A stretch of DNA of 55,169 nucleotides from Patescibacteria group bacterium (GCA_028714495.1 JAQTMH010000006.1:1-55169), one strand, 5' to 3'; positions 8,850-18,413 are shown, counted from the first letter of the stretch. The notes: generated by a model from the letters alone, not told the origin. Program-made: numbers and translations.

Positions 8850-10227
8850 GTTTTTTAGTCAATAGGTGCTTTTTCTCCTCCAGCTCGGTAACCCGGTCGC
8901 GAATTTGAGCCGCCCGTTCGTATTCGGTATTCTTGGCGGCTTCCAGCATCTGACGCTTAAGATTGGAGGTGATTTTATTGTACTCGGCTAGCGGAATATA
9001 TGGCAGTTCAGTGGTGATTCTTTGGGTGACATCTTCGTCAGCCTGGCGGGCCAAACTTTCAACTTTTCCGCTCCTCTGCCAGTCGAAGGCCGTATAAATA
9101 ATCTGTTGGTACAGCCTCTGCGCTTCCTGATAGATTGATTTTGACAAGCCCGGTATCATCAGAACAACATCACGAAGCTCCTTAGCGCCCGCCTCCATCA
9201 TTTCAATGCTCCACCAGGGCATTGCCGAAGCCCACCAGTATTGATCGCTGTGGAGAGAGCGATCAAGGGCCCGGCGGACAGCGGAAAAATTTTTAGCCTC
9301 GGGATTTAGTCGATTTACCAGTTTGATGGCCAGATTGGTTAATTTCCATTGCGCCTGATGGATTTCATTGTGCCGGTCGTTCCAGCGAGAGAAAGGGGTG
9401 TTTTGTTCGATGTCCTTTTGAAGAAGCGCCCAGCTCGATTCGTGGGGCACTAGACCATAACGTTTGGGAAAGAGGCGCGGTAATTCAGACAAAGTCACAC
9501 TTTTCATTTTAGGCACTTTGTACAGATCGAAAAGAAGCTGTTCCAGGCCGGGACGGTGGTGACCGAACGTCTCGCCGTCCATGGCGGTTACCAAATAATT
9601 GTGGGTTTGGAGTCGACCGCCTAACAGATTAACCAGCATTTTACTTGAGAAAACGCTTACCCCGACCTGGGCTGAAAGAATCCTAAAGCTAACGTCACGC
9701 TCACGAAAGAAAAAGTAGAGATTGGGGTCATTTTTCAAGTGATAAATAGTTTCATGATCCATCTGTTTCTGTTCGGGGTGGGCCAGCTCGTCGATTATGA
9801 GCCAGCGGTAGCCAAGCTTCTTGGCTACCCGGGCAATCTTCGGAGCATAGCCCATTTCAGTGGGGAAAAGGCCGGTGGGTTTATAGGTTGGGCCGAAAAA
9901 ACGTCGGTTAGTTTGGTAGTTGAGCTTGATTTGCCGGATTATTTCCGATTCAGGCAAAAGCGGCAGAAAGGGATGATATTTGGCCGTGTCAGTGAGTTCA
10001 ATTTGCCCCCTTTGAGCGAGCTTCTTGATGCCCAAAACGACGTCAAAACAGCCGTCGCGCTTTAGCAGTTCGACTAAAACGGCGTTGATGTTCAAAGTGA
10101 GGCGCGCCTTTGGATTTTTAAGCAAGCCAGCCACGATTTTACGGTAGCTTTCGTTAGCGATCTTTTTGACCCAGGACGATTTTTGGGTCGGAGGTTGATA
10201 AAAATGAAGAAAATTTGCCCAATACAT
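8833..10227 (-). CDS. Glycoside hydrolase family 57 protein with a C-terminal UVR domain
   Basis: FLHFYQPP N-terminus, DGETFGHH nucleophile motif and HSDQYWWA. C-terminal LKRQMLEAAKNTEYERAAQIRDRVTELEE resembles the UvrB/UvrC UVR motif. Confidence 0.8.
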   Translation of the reverse strand: MYWANFLHFYQPPTQKSSWVKKIANESYRKIVAGLLKNPKARLTLNINAVLVELLKRDGCFDVVLGIKKLAQRGQIELTDTAKYHPFLPLLPESEIIRQIKLNYQTNRRFFGPTYKPTGLFPTEMGYAPKIARVAKKLGYRWLIIDELAHPEQKQMDHETIYHLKNDPNLYFFFRERDVSFRILSAQVGVSVFSSKMLVNLLGGRLQTHNYLVTAMDGETFGHHRPGLEQLLFDLYKVPKMKSVTLSELPRLFPKRYGLVPHESSWALLQKDIEQNTPFSRWNDRHNEIHQAQWKLTNLAIKLVNRLNPEAKNFSAVRRALDRSLHSDQYWWASAMPWWSIEMMEAGAKELRDVVLMIPGLSKSIYQEAQRLYQQIIYTAFDWQRSGKVESLARQADEDVTQRITTELPYIPLAEYNKITSNLKRQMLEAAKNTEYERAAQIRDRVTELEEKKHLLTKKHGSRG

Positions 10228-10233
10228 GTTTTT

Positions 10234-11466
10234 TTAAGTTACCTTTCGCCCGCCAAAATAACGGGTGAATGGTTCAGCTGATAAATAAGTATATTTTTTT
10301 TGTTCGGCCGTTCCCGTGGTTTGCCATTTATCAACTAAAGCAATAATCTGATCATGGATTTTTTTAGCTGATAGAGTGGCCTTTGATTTAGGCAGACCGA
10401 TTTGGAGAGCTTGAAGTAGCTTGTCTGCCCCCCGGTCAACAATTTCCCTGCTCCACCAGGGTGAGGCGGCCGCCCACCAGTATTGATCAGAGGCCAAGGC
10501 TTGGTCGAGCAGGTCGCGAGCCCGGCTATATCTACGATTTGATACCGGGAGCGACTTAATCGATTCATAAACTAATTTAGTCAGTTTCCACTGAAGCTGG
10601 TGGATCGGGTTATGCAGATCGTTCCATAAGTAGTATGGATGATTCCCGCGGAGTTCCGATTGACGCGAAGCCCAGCTGGCCGGGACGGGAGCTACCTCTT
10701 TCCAGTGGCGGTATGAGGCGAGAACATCGGAGAGTTTGAGGTTTGTGAACCTCTTTGACTCAACCAGCTCGAGCCAGATGCGCAACAAATGAGGATTATG
10801 ATGACCGAGGTTTTCGCCATCAAAGCCGGTGATCAGGACAGAAGCGGCCCGGGGATCTTTCTTTAGGGCTTCATAAAATGAACGGGTATTTTTCAGAATA
10901 TCCATAAAAAACATGTCGCTGATAAAACGATTGCGAAATATGACTTTTAAAGATCCGGATAGAGTTTTATAGCCAGCATTGAATTGAACTTCCCCTAGAT
11001 TACCGTTATAAGATATTTCGTCAAGAATAATCCATTCATAGTCGAGCTTTTTGACGGTTTTCGCCACGGCTTGGCTATAGCACATCTCGGGCATGAAAAA
11101 ACCCTTAGGCTGATAGGCTGAACCAAAGAATCGCCGGTTGGTGTCATAGTTCAGCTGGATTTGGCGCTCCATCTCATAGCTTGATAGCAACGGCAGTATT
11201 GGGTGGTATTTGGCTGAGCCGGTGAACTCGATTTGCCCATTTTCGGCCAAGCCTTTGATGGTATTAAGAACCGAAGAAAACCCCAGTCGCTCTAGCTGTT
11301 CAGTCAGAGAGCCGCAGATATTGAGAGTTACCTTTATTCTGGGGCGGTTTTTAAGGGCTTGAAAGAGCGGGTGGTATGACTCCCGGACCACTTTTTGAAT
11401 GATTTTCTTGTCCCAGTTAGGTGGCTGGTAGATATGAAAAAAGTTTGCCCAGGAAGTCGTTGTCAT
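10234..11466 (-). CDS. Glycoside hydrolase family 57 protein, paralog without UVR domain
   Basis: FFHIYQPP, DGENLGHH and ASDQYWWA. 410 aa. Collinear similarity to 8833-10227. Confidence 0.8.
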   Translation of the reverse strand: MTTTSWANFFHIYQPPNWDKKIIQKVVRESYHPLFQALKNRPRIKVTLNICGSLTEQLERLGFSSVLNTIKGLAENGQIEFTGSAKYHPILPLLSSYEMERQIQLNYDTNRRFFGSAYQPKGFFMPEMCYSQAVAKTVKKLDYEWIILDEISYNGNLGEVQFNAGYKTLSGSLKVIFRNRFISDMFFMDILKNTRSFYEALKKDPRAASVLITGFDGENLGHHNPHLLRIWLELVESKRFTNLKLSDVLASYRHWKEVAPVPASWASRQSELRGNHPYYLWNDLHNPIHQLQWKLTKLVYESIKSLPVSNRRYSRARDLLDQALASDQYWWAAASPWWSREIVDRGADKLLQALQIGLPKSKATLSAKKIHDQIIALVDKWQTTGTAEQKKYTYLSAEPFTRYFGGRKVT

Positions 11467-11475
11467 AGAGTTGAA

Positions 11476-12951
11476 TTATACCTTGACCTTAGCGTAGCGT
11501 AAAGCTAAACGACAGAGCTTAATGTACTTTTTAGCGGGTATTTCCCAGGAATAGCTTTGCTGCATCCCGTGGACTACCAAGTCACGCCAGTAATCGGAGT
11601 ATTTATAGTTTACGATCGCCCGGGTAAGGGCGATTAACAAATCGCGGGAGTCGTAGCGTTTGAAAATGAAACCATTGCCCTTGCGGGTTTTCGGATTAAA
11701 ATCGGTTATCGTGTCTACCAGGCCACCCACGGCATTAACAATCGGGACTGAGCCGTAGCGCAGACTGATTAATTGGCCAAGCCCGCAGGGTTCGAAGCGC
11801 GAAGGCATCAGGAACATGTCAGAACCGGCGTAAATCTGGCTGGCCCGAGTGACGTCAAACTCGAGATGAACTCCGATTTTATTCGGAAATCTTTTGGCGG
11901 ATTTTCTAAAATATTTTTCGTATTTTTTTTCACCACCACCGACAATTACTAATTGGACATCCTGGCGCATTAATGGCTCGAGTATTTCCATTATTAAATC
12001 GAACCCCTTCTGTTCGGTAATCCGTGAGACCATGCCGATCAGGGGAATCTCGGCGTTTTGGGGCAAGCCGAACTCTTTTTGGAGGAAGAGCTTGTTCTTT
12101 TCTTTTCGGTGCAAAGAGTTGAAATCATAATTTTTGACTAAACCCGGGTCAGTTGATGGGTTGAAGTCAAAATAGTCGATCCCATTAATAATTCCGAAAA
12201 CCCGGTTTTTGCGGTTGAGCAAGATGCGATGTAGATCTTGGCCATATTCCTGGGTGAGTATTTCCTGGGCGTATTGTTCGGAGACGGTATTGATGACATC
12301 GGCGTAAAGGATCGCTCGTTTAGCGAAGTTGATGCAGGTGATGGCTTCTTTGTCGGAAAAATCTGGAAGGCGAGAGTGGCCGTAATCTTTCTTTTCCGGA
12401 GGCACGGTCCACCAGTCTTGGCCCATCTGGAAAGATAGATTGTGGATGGTGAAAAGGGTGGCCGTGTCTTCGTAGAATTTATTGTCGTGTAAGCGTTTTT
12501 TTAGATAGTAGGGGATTAAACCGGTATGCCACTCGTGACAATGGATAACGTCGGGTTGAAAGTCGATTAGGGTTAAAAGCTTGAGGGCGGCCAGCGAAAA
12601 AAACATGAAACGCCGGTTATCATTTTTTGAGCCATAGATAAATTTATAACGGCCGAAATATTCGGGATTATCAACAAAAAATATCGGCAGCCCGCGCATC
12701 AGCTCGCCCCGCCAGAATGAAGCCATTCGGGTATTTTTGTCATCAATCTGAATCGGGACCTCGTCGGCAATTTTTTTCAGGCCATACTGGGCAGTGTCTA
12801 TTACCCCATGAAGAGGCATAATAGCGATGACCTGGTGACCGAGGCGGCGCATGGCTTTAGGCAGGGAACGAGCCACGTCGGCTTGACCGCCGGCCTTGGC
12901 AAAGGGCGCCGTTTCGGCTGAGACAGAGACGATCTTTAGTATTTTACGCAT
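11476..12951 (-). CDS. glgA: Glycogen/starch synthase (GT5), paralog 2
   Basis: KAGGQADV and MPSRFEPCGLGQL. 491 aa, the same length as paralog 1. Confidence 0.9.
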   Translation of the reverse strand: MRKILKIVSVSAETAPFAKAGGQADVARSLPKAMRRLGHQVIAIMPLHGVIDTAQYGLKKIADEVPIQIDDKNTRMASFWRGELMRGLPIFFVDNPEYFGRYKFIYGSKNDNRRFMFFSLAALKLLTLIDFQPDVIHCHEWHTGLIPYYLKKRLHDNKFYEDTATLFTIHNLSFQMGQDWWTVPPEKKDYGHSRLPDFSDKEAITCINFAKRAILYADVINTVSEQYAQEILTQEYGQDLHRILLNRKNRVFGIINGIDYFDFNPSTDPGLVKNYDFNSLHRKEKNKLFLQKEFGLPQNAEIPLIGMVSRITEQKGFDLIMEILEPLMRQDVQLVIVGGGEKKYEKYFRKSAKRFPNKIGVHLEFDVTRASQIYAGSDMFLMPSRFEPCGLGQLISLRYGSVPIVNAVGGLVDTITDFNPKTRKGNGFIFKRYDSRDLLIALTRAIVNYKYSDYWRDLVVHGMQQSYSWEIPAKKYIKLCRLALRYAKVKV

Positions 12952-12963
12952 AGGTAGTAATTA

Positions 12964-13449
12964 TTAAAGCCGATATTTATTTGAGATGTTTTGGCAGGCG
13001 CAGAAAGCACAGGCAATCGCGTCGACTGTGTCGTCCTGTTTCGGCAGCGACTTAGTTTTCAAAATCATTTTTAGGATTTTATAAACCTGGACTTTTTCAG
13101 CGTGGCCATATCCGGTTACTGTTTGTTTTATTTGGAGTGGGGTAAGTTCGAGAATCGGCAGTTTAAACTCGCTGACCGTGAAGGTAATCACCCCCCAGGC
13201 CTGACCGACGCTGAAAGCGGTCTTGGCGTTTTTAAAGAAGAACAGCTTTTCGATGGAAACTAAATCTGGTTGATGTTTTTTAAGAACCTGACGGAGTGCC
13301 CGATTGATTAAGACTAGGCGGTCCGGCAGAGATTTATTCGCCGGAGTGGTGATGAGACCTGAAGCCACAAGCTTTTGGGAAGATCCGGTTTTGGCGATTA
13401 CTCCATAACCGATTCTGGCTAAACCAGGGTCAATTCCGAGAATGATCAT
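12964..13449 (-). CDS. ruvC: Holliday junction resolvase RuvC
   Basis: MIILGIDPGLARIGYGVI N-terminus and DDTVDAIACAF near the C-terminus. 4-nt ATGA overlap with yebC. Confidence 0.9.
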   Translation of the reverse strand: MIILGIDPGLARIGYGVIAKTGSSQKLVASGLITTPANKSLPDRLVLINRALRQVLKKHQPDLVSIEKLFFFKNAKTAFSVGQAWGVITFTVSEFKLPILELTPLQIKQTVTGYGHAEKVQVYKILKMILKTKSLPKQDDTVDAIACAFCACQNISNKYRL

Positions 13450-14174
13450 GGATTAGAATTAGTATAAACGGTATCAACGGATTGATTATCCTCAAGTTCA
13501 GCGATTAGGTCTTCGAGTTTTTTCTGGTCGGCGGGCTTTAGCGCGATCGTGTTTTGCGGCTGGTAGATGAGGCTGGAGTCGCCGCAAACCACGCCTAGAG
13601 CAACGAGTTTTTCCTGGACAGCCTTGAGCTGATCTGGCAGAGTTAGAATTTCGAAACCGGTGGGGGTTTGCTTGAAATCATCAGCCCCAGACTCGATAAT
13701 CTTGGCTTCGAGGTCTTCTGGTGTCAGGCCGGCGTTGTCAGTAAAATCCAGAATAATTTCGCCCCGATGATTGAATTGCCAGATAACTGATTTAGGCGAG
13801 CCAAAGGTTCCGCCGTATTTCGTGATGATTGAACGAATTTCGCTGGAGGTTCGATTTTTGTTGTCAGTGATTGCTTCAATCACCAGAGCCACCCCGCCCG
13901 GACCGAAACCCTCATAGACAACTGAAGACAAAATCTCACCCTCAACCTCGCCACCCCCTCGTTTAATGGCGCGTTCGATATTATCGTTCGGCAGATTGAT
14001 TGTTTTGGCTCGTTCAATCGCCAAACGAAGCTTAAAATTGTGTTCGGGATTCACGCCGCCTTCACGCGCGGCCGCGGTGATAGTGTTGCCAAGCTTAGTA
14101 AAAAGAGTGCTGCGTTTGGCATCAGCAGTTCCCTTTTGTCTCTTTATTTGTGACCACTTGGAATGACCCGACAC
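13446..14174 (-). CDS. yebC: YebC/PmpR family DNA-binding regulator
   Basis: VSGHSKWSQIKRQKG N-terminus. A GTG start at 14174 is preceded by AAGGAG 7 nt upstream. The longer ORF to 14240 is probably not translated. Confidence 0.85.
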   Translation of the reverse strand: MSGHSKWSQIKRQKGTADAKRSTLFTKLGNTITAAAREGGVNPEHNFKLRLAIERAKTINLPNDNIERAIKRGGGEVEGEILSSVVYEGFGPGGVALVIEAITDNKNRTSSEIRSIITKYGGTFGSPKSVIWQFNHRGEIILDFTDNAGLTPEDLEAKIIESGADDFKQTPTGFEILTLPDQLKAVQEKLVALGVVCGDSSLIYQPQNTIALKPADQKKLEDLIAELEDNQSVDTVYTNSNP

Positions 14175-14249
14175 GGATGAGCTCCTTAAAAATTGAGATA
14201 AATCCTCTATAATATAGCAGAAAAATAGGCCAAGAGTCAATTTGCCTAA

Positions 14250-15362
14250 ATGGAAAAAAATCGGTATTATGTTAGTATGTCAAAACTTGATCAGCCAAAA
14301 TACATCGCTAGCCTTGATCGCAGCCGAATGCTTGAGTCGATTAAGGAAATTAATTTACAATGCCAGCAGGTTTGGAATGATTGGCGAGGTCAAACACGGA
14401 TTAATATACCGGCTCGCTACCGAAAGTCATCAAACATTGTTTTAAACGGCATGGGCGGGTCGGCTTTGGCTGCCCACGTGGTCCAATCTCTTTATCGTGA
14501 TAGTTTGAAGACGCCATTCGAATTCATCCATGGATATAGTCTGCCGAAGATAGTAGGAAGGAACACTCTTTACATCATTGCAAGTTATTCGGGGAATACG
14601 GAAGAACCAATCGCTACCTTCAATGAAGCGTGGCGACGTAAAGCCAACATCTTTATTATTACAAAAGGCGGCAAGTTAGCCACCCTAGCTAGGCGCTATG
14701 GCGTGCCAGCCTATATTTTTGAAGAGAAGCACAATCCTTGCCAGCAGCCACGGATAGGGGTGGGCTATAATCTGATCAGCCTTTTTGTCCTGCTGAACAG
14801 GCTGGGGATTATCCGAGTCACGGAAAAAGATTTCCAGATCGCCAAATCGGCGCTTGAGCGAGGCCAGAAACTTTTTTCCCTGGAGAAACCGAGTAAGAGT
14901 AATTTGGCGAAGAAAATTGCCCAAAAACTTTACGGCGCTTTTCCGATAATTGTCGCTTCAGAACACCTGGAAGGCAGCGCTCACATTTTTGCCAACCAGA
15001 TTAATGAGAACGGTAAGAACTTTTCCCTCTATCAATATATCCCGGAACTGAACCACCATCTGCTTGAGGGATTAGAACATCCGCGTCTGCCTCGGCGGTT
15101 GGCGAAATTTTTATTTCTAGAGTCCAGCCTTTATCACCCCTATAATCAAATAAGGCATACCATAACAAAAAAGATTGTCCGAGGTCACGGCCTGGAGGCT
15201 TTGTCTTATCAAGCCCGGGGTCGTCAGTCCATTGAGCAGGTGTTTGAAATCTTGTCTTTTGGGAGCCACGTGGGATTCTATCTAGCGATACTCAACCGGG
15301 TTGATCCTTCACCCATACCCTGGGTGGATTACTTTAAAGCCGAATTAAAAAGGCGCCATTAG
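14250..15362 (+). CDS. Bifunctional-type phosphoglucose/phosphomannose isomerase (SIS domain)
   Basis: SIS motifs NGMGGSALAAH and IASYSGNTEE. C-terminal PGI/PMI-type domain. An alternative ATG start lies at 14277. Confidence 0.75.
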   Translation: MEKNRYYVSMSKLDQPKYIASLDRSRMLESIKEINLQCQQVWNDWRGQTRINIPARYRKSSNIVLNGMGGSALAAHVVQSLYRDSLKTPFEFIHGYSLPKIVGRNTLYIIASYSGNTEEPIATFNEAWRRKANIFIITKGGKLATLARRYGVPAYIFEEKHNPCQQPRIGVGYNLISLFVLLNRLGIIRVTEKDFQIAKSALERGQKLFSLEKPSKSNLAKKIAQKLYGAFPIIVASEHLEGSAHIFANQINENGKNFSLYQYIPELNHHLLEGLEHPRLPRRLAKFLFLESSLYHPYNQIRHTITKKIVRGHGLEALSYQARGRQSIEQVFEILSFGSHVGFYLAILNRVDPSPIPWVDYFKAELKRRH

Positions 15363-15373
15363 AAACATTAGAC

Positions 15374-16309
15374 ATGAAGAATCCCCTAGGTAGATTTGCC
15401 GATTGGATCAACCATAAACTAACATACCGGCAGTTGCTAATGGCCGGGTATATTTTTCTTGTCATTGTCTATCTGGTGGTGACCCAGGGAAGCGTTGGAT
15501 TCGATACTTTGTTTATTATATTTCTCGGTTTCGCGATATTTATTAGACGCGCCAAGACATTCATTATTGACTGGGCCCCGTTTGTATTGCTGATCTTTCT
15601 TTATGAATCTATGCGCGGTATCGCGGATGATCTCAACGCGCGCGTGCATATCACTGATTTAATCGCCTGGGAAAGGGGTTTGTTCGGTGGGGCCATGCCC
15701 TCGCTCAAGCTCCAGGGCTGGCTCCACCCTGACGGCTTAAGCCACTGGTTTGATTATATTTTCGGCTTTTTTTACGCGGCTCATTTCATTTTTCCACTGG
15801 CACTCGGATTTGTTCTCTGGCTCAAGCGCCGGCGGTATTTCAGATTTTTTGCCAACGGTTTTATCATCTTAACGCTCGCAGGATTTGCCACCTATGTGTT
15901 ATTTCCAGCCATGCCGCCGTGGATGGCCAGTGAGCAGGGCTATCTACCCCCGGTGACAAAAATATTAAACACCTTGACACAAGCAAGCACTGGCGTGCAT
16001 CTACCCACGGTTTATCGAGTGGTTGGCGCGAATCAGATCGCGGCCATGCCCTCGCTCCATGCGGCTTGGCCATGGTACACGTTTTTGTGTTTAGTGTTTT
16101 TCTTCAAAAAGCGTGGCCTTTGGTTTGGAATCGTGCCTCTGGCTACCTGGTTTGGGGTGGTTTATCTTGGCGAACACTATGTTATTGACGTCATCGCAGG
16201 CATAATTTATGCCAGTCTGGCATTTTTGGTGGTATTTTTATTTCGAAAAAGAATAATTTCAAAAGAAGCAACAGAAAATGCGACCAAAAAACCCAAGTCA
16301 CCTGACTAA
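15374..16309 (+). CDS. PAP2-superfamily integral membrane protein (PAP2_C / phosphotransferase-like)
   Basis: Multiple TM helices. PSLHAAW and GEHYVIDVIAG match the SxH and HxxxD PAP2 motifs. Confidence 0.65.
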   Translation: MKNPLGRFADWINHKLTYRQLLMAGYIFLVIVYLVVTQGSVGFDTLFIIFLGFAIFIRRAKTFIIDWAPFVLLIFLYESMRGIADDLNARVHITDLIAWERGLFGGAMPSLKLQGWLHPDGLSHWFDYIFGFFYAAHFIFPLALGFVLWLKRRRYFRFFANGFIILTLAGFATYVLFPAMPPWMASEQGYLPPVTKILNTLTQASTGVHLPTVYRVVGANQIAAMPSLHAAWPWYTFLCLVFFFKKRGLWFGIVPLATWFGVVYLGEHYVIDVIAGIIYASLAFLVVFLFRKRIISKEATENATKKPKSPD

Positions 16310-17864
16310 CTACGCAATTATTTTTGGTTTGGCGTTTATTTTCTTTTTTGTTTTGCAATACAACCAAACACTGGCTGACCCGGATTCGTTTTATCATGCG
16401 AAGATGGCCCTGCTGACTGAGGACCATGGGATCATCAAAACATTTCCTTGGCTGAGCGATTTCACGGTTCTGGGGAAGGCCTACGCTGACCAGCATTTTC
16501 TCTACCATGTTTTTTTAATTCCCTTTGTCAGCTGGCTCCACCCGATTGCCGGGCTTAAACTGGCTACCGTAGTTTTAGCCAGTCTTTTTGTCCTGGCTTT
16601 TTATTGGCTGTTACGCCGCCTCAGAGTTAAATACGCCATTGGTTTTAGCTTGCTGTTGCTGCTAATGAACCCGTTAGTTTTCCGCCTAAGCCTGGCCAAG
16701 GCGCCGAGCTTCTCCCTGATTCTTCTTACTATCGGCATCTATTTTATCGTCAGCCGAAACTGGAAATCGCTTCTCGTTTTGTCGTTTATCTATGTCTGGG
16801 CGTATGGAGGATTTGCCGTGATACTGCTGACCAGCGGCTTGTATCTGTTGGTAGACGTATTCGCGAATCTGATAAAAAAGACCTTCAACCCCGGCCCTGG
16901 TCAGCCGTCGGTAATCAAGATGCTATTTTTACGCTCGAGCTGGACCCCTTTGCTGAGTTCATTAACCGGCGTGATACTTGGCGTAATAATCAACCCCTAT
17001 TTCCCTCAAAACCTGGGTTATTACCGCTACCAGTTGTTTGAAATTGGGATGAAGAATTATCAGCAGATTGTCAGAGTCGGCGGTGAATGGTATAGCTACG
17101 CGCCCACGTCTTTAATCAGCGATTCGGTATTTCTTTCCATTGCCACCCTAATCGCCCTGGCGGTTTTTATCTATTATCACAAAAGACAAACTAGGCGAGA
17201 GGTATTCTTTCTGGTTTTAGCCGCGCTGTTTTTTCTGCTGACCATGAAGTCCAGGAGGTACGTTGAATATTATGTGCCCCTGGGATGCCTTTTTAGCTTC
17301 ACGGTTCTGGGCGCTTGGCTGAAGGAACTGAAGTTTAGGTCATATTGGGAGCGTTTTCTTGATCTAAAGCCACGAAAAAAAATCCTCATAGCTTTAGTGG
17401 GGGTATATTTTTTCGTAACCATACCGACGATAATCGTCCGTGGTTTTTTCCTGGAACGGAAGGACTTAGTTAATGGTATTCCCTACACTAAGTTTCAAGA
17501 AGCCAGCGAATGGTTGATAGATCATTCACAGCGCGGCGATATAGTATTCCACAGCAGTTGGGACGAATTTCCCATCCTCTTCTATCATAACGACGTAAAC
17601 AACTATATTGGAGGCCTTGACCTGACATTTAATTATCTCTACAACAAAGATTTATACCAAAAATGGGTTGATATAACCACGGGGAGTATGAGAAACAATC
17701 TAGCTGAGACGATTCGAAACGACTTCCACGCCAAGTATGTTCTGGTCAGCCAAAATCACACCGCGATGAAGAATAATATCAGAAATGACGGCAGATTAGA
17801 GCAAGTTTATGAAGATTCAGAGGCGGTTATTTTTAAGGTGCCTTGCTGTCTGACAACGCCATAA
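16278..17864 (+). CDS. Large polytopic membrane protein, GT-C-fold glycosyltransferase-like (ArnT/PMT/STT3-like)
   Basis: 528 aa with at least 10 predicted TM segments. First-loop motif ADPDSFYHAKMA resembles the DxD/DPDxYYH loop of GT-C enzymes. No WWDxG motif is seen. Overlaps the PAP2 gene by 32 nt. Confidence 0.5.
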   Translation: MRPKNPSHLTNYAIIFGLAFIFFFVLQYNQTLADPDSFYHAKMALLTEDHGIIKTFPWLSDFTVLGKAYADQHFLYHVFLIPFVSWLHPIAGLKLATVVLASLFVLAFYWLLRRLRVKYAIGFSLLLLLMNPLVFRLSLAKAPSFSLILLTIGIYFIVSRNWKSLLVLSFIYVWAYGGFAVILLTSGLYLLVDVFANLIKKTFNPGPGQPSVIKMLFLRSSWTPLLSSLTGVILGVIINPYFPQNLGYYRYQLFEIGMKNYQQIVRVGGEWYSYAPTSLISDSVFLSIATLIALAVFIYYHKRQTRREVFFLVLAALFFLLTMKSRRYVEYYVPLGCLFSFTVLGAWLKELKFRSYWERFLDLKPRKKILIALVGVYFFVTIPTIIVRGFFLERKDLVNGIPYTKFQEASEWLIDHSQRGDIVFHSSWDEFPILFYHNDVNNYIGGLDLTFNYLYNKDLYQKWVDITTGSMRNNLAETIRNDFHAKYVLVSQNHTAMKNNIRNDGRLEQVYEDSEAVIFKVPCCLTTP

Positions 17865-17871
17865 ATAAATC

Positions 17872-17904
17872 AAAAACACCCGTATTATTGTACTAGGTGT
17901 TTTT
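17872..17904. terminator. Bidirectional intrinsic terminator between convergent genes
   Basis: AAAAACACC ... GGTGTTTTT stem, flanked by an A-run and a T-run. Confidence 0.55.
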
Positions 17905-17957
17905 ATTTTGTGTATTATGGCGAACTTCTATTAGGTCCGAAGATCTTGTTTATAGGG

Positions 17958-18356
17958 TTAGCTCTCAGGAAGGTTAGAGCCACCTTCAAAGCCGCCGATG
18001 ACAAAAGTGACAATCGCCCAGGCGAGAATTATGACACCAATGCCGATGACTACGCCGGTAATAATTTTCTTTGCTTGGGTAACCTTTTCCTCATTGCCTG
18101 CCGCTGTCATCCAGGTATAACCAGCGTAGATGATGAGAATTACCGCCACGAAAGACAGAGAGTAGATCGCGTATTTAGCTATCTTGACCACGACGCTTTG
18201 CAAATCTTTTTCCAGGCCGAGCTTATCTTGTATATCCTGGCCTATTTCATAATCAGCCGACAAGACACTATTCAATAAAGGCCCGACCAAGACAAACAAA
18301 AGAGTTGAAAGGCAAGTGACAGCCAGAGCAACGCGATAAAGAAGGGATTGGCGCAT
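17958..18356 (-). CDS. TrbC/VirB2-like mini-pilin, paralog 1
   Basis: Signal/TM segment followed by two TM helices joined by the conserved IYAGYTWMTAAGNEEKVTQAKKII loop. Confidence 0.7.
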   Translation of the reverse strand: MRQSLLYRVALAVTCLSTLLFVLVGPLLNSVLSADYEIGQDIQDKLGLEKDLQSVVVKIAKYAIYSLSFVAVILIIYAGYTWMTAAGNEEKVTQAKKIITGVVIGIGVIILAWAIVTFVIGGFEGGSNLPES

Positions 18357-18384
18357 AAATAAAAGTTAATTACGATTCATATAT

Positions 18385-18413
18385 AGTATAGGAAATTCAT
18401 CGGTAAAAATCAA
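18385..18413 (-). promoter_or_regulatory. Candidate promoter of pilin paralog 1
   Basis: On the minus strand: TTGATT - 17 nt - TATACT. Confidence 0.45.

Noticed and set aside
14175-14240. N-terminal extensions of listed ORFs: yebC to 14240, galU to 21687, glyA from 27391, ftsK to 39375, PBP to 3573.
   Set aside because: The extensions are not family-like. They overlap promoter, terminator or hairpin sequences, or start at TTG/GTG when a better-placed start exists, such as one preceded by a Shine-Dalgarno sequence or matching the family N-terminus.
17910-18278. 122-aa plus-strand ORF overlapping pilin paralog 1.
   Set aside because: The minus-strand reading is conserved across three paralogs, with signal peptide and TM topology. 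The plus-strand ORF has no such support.
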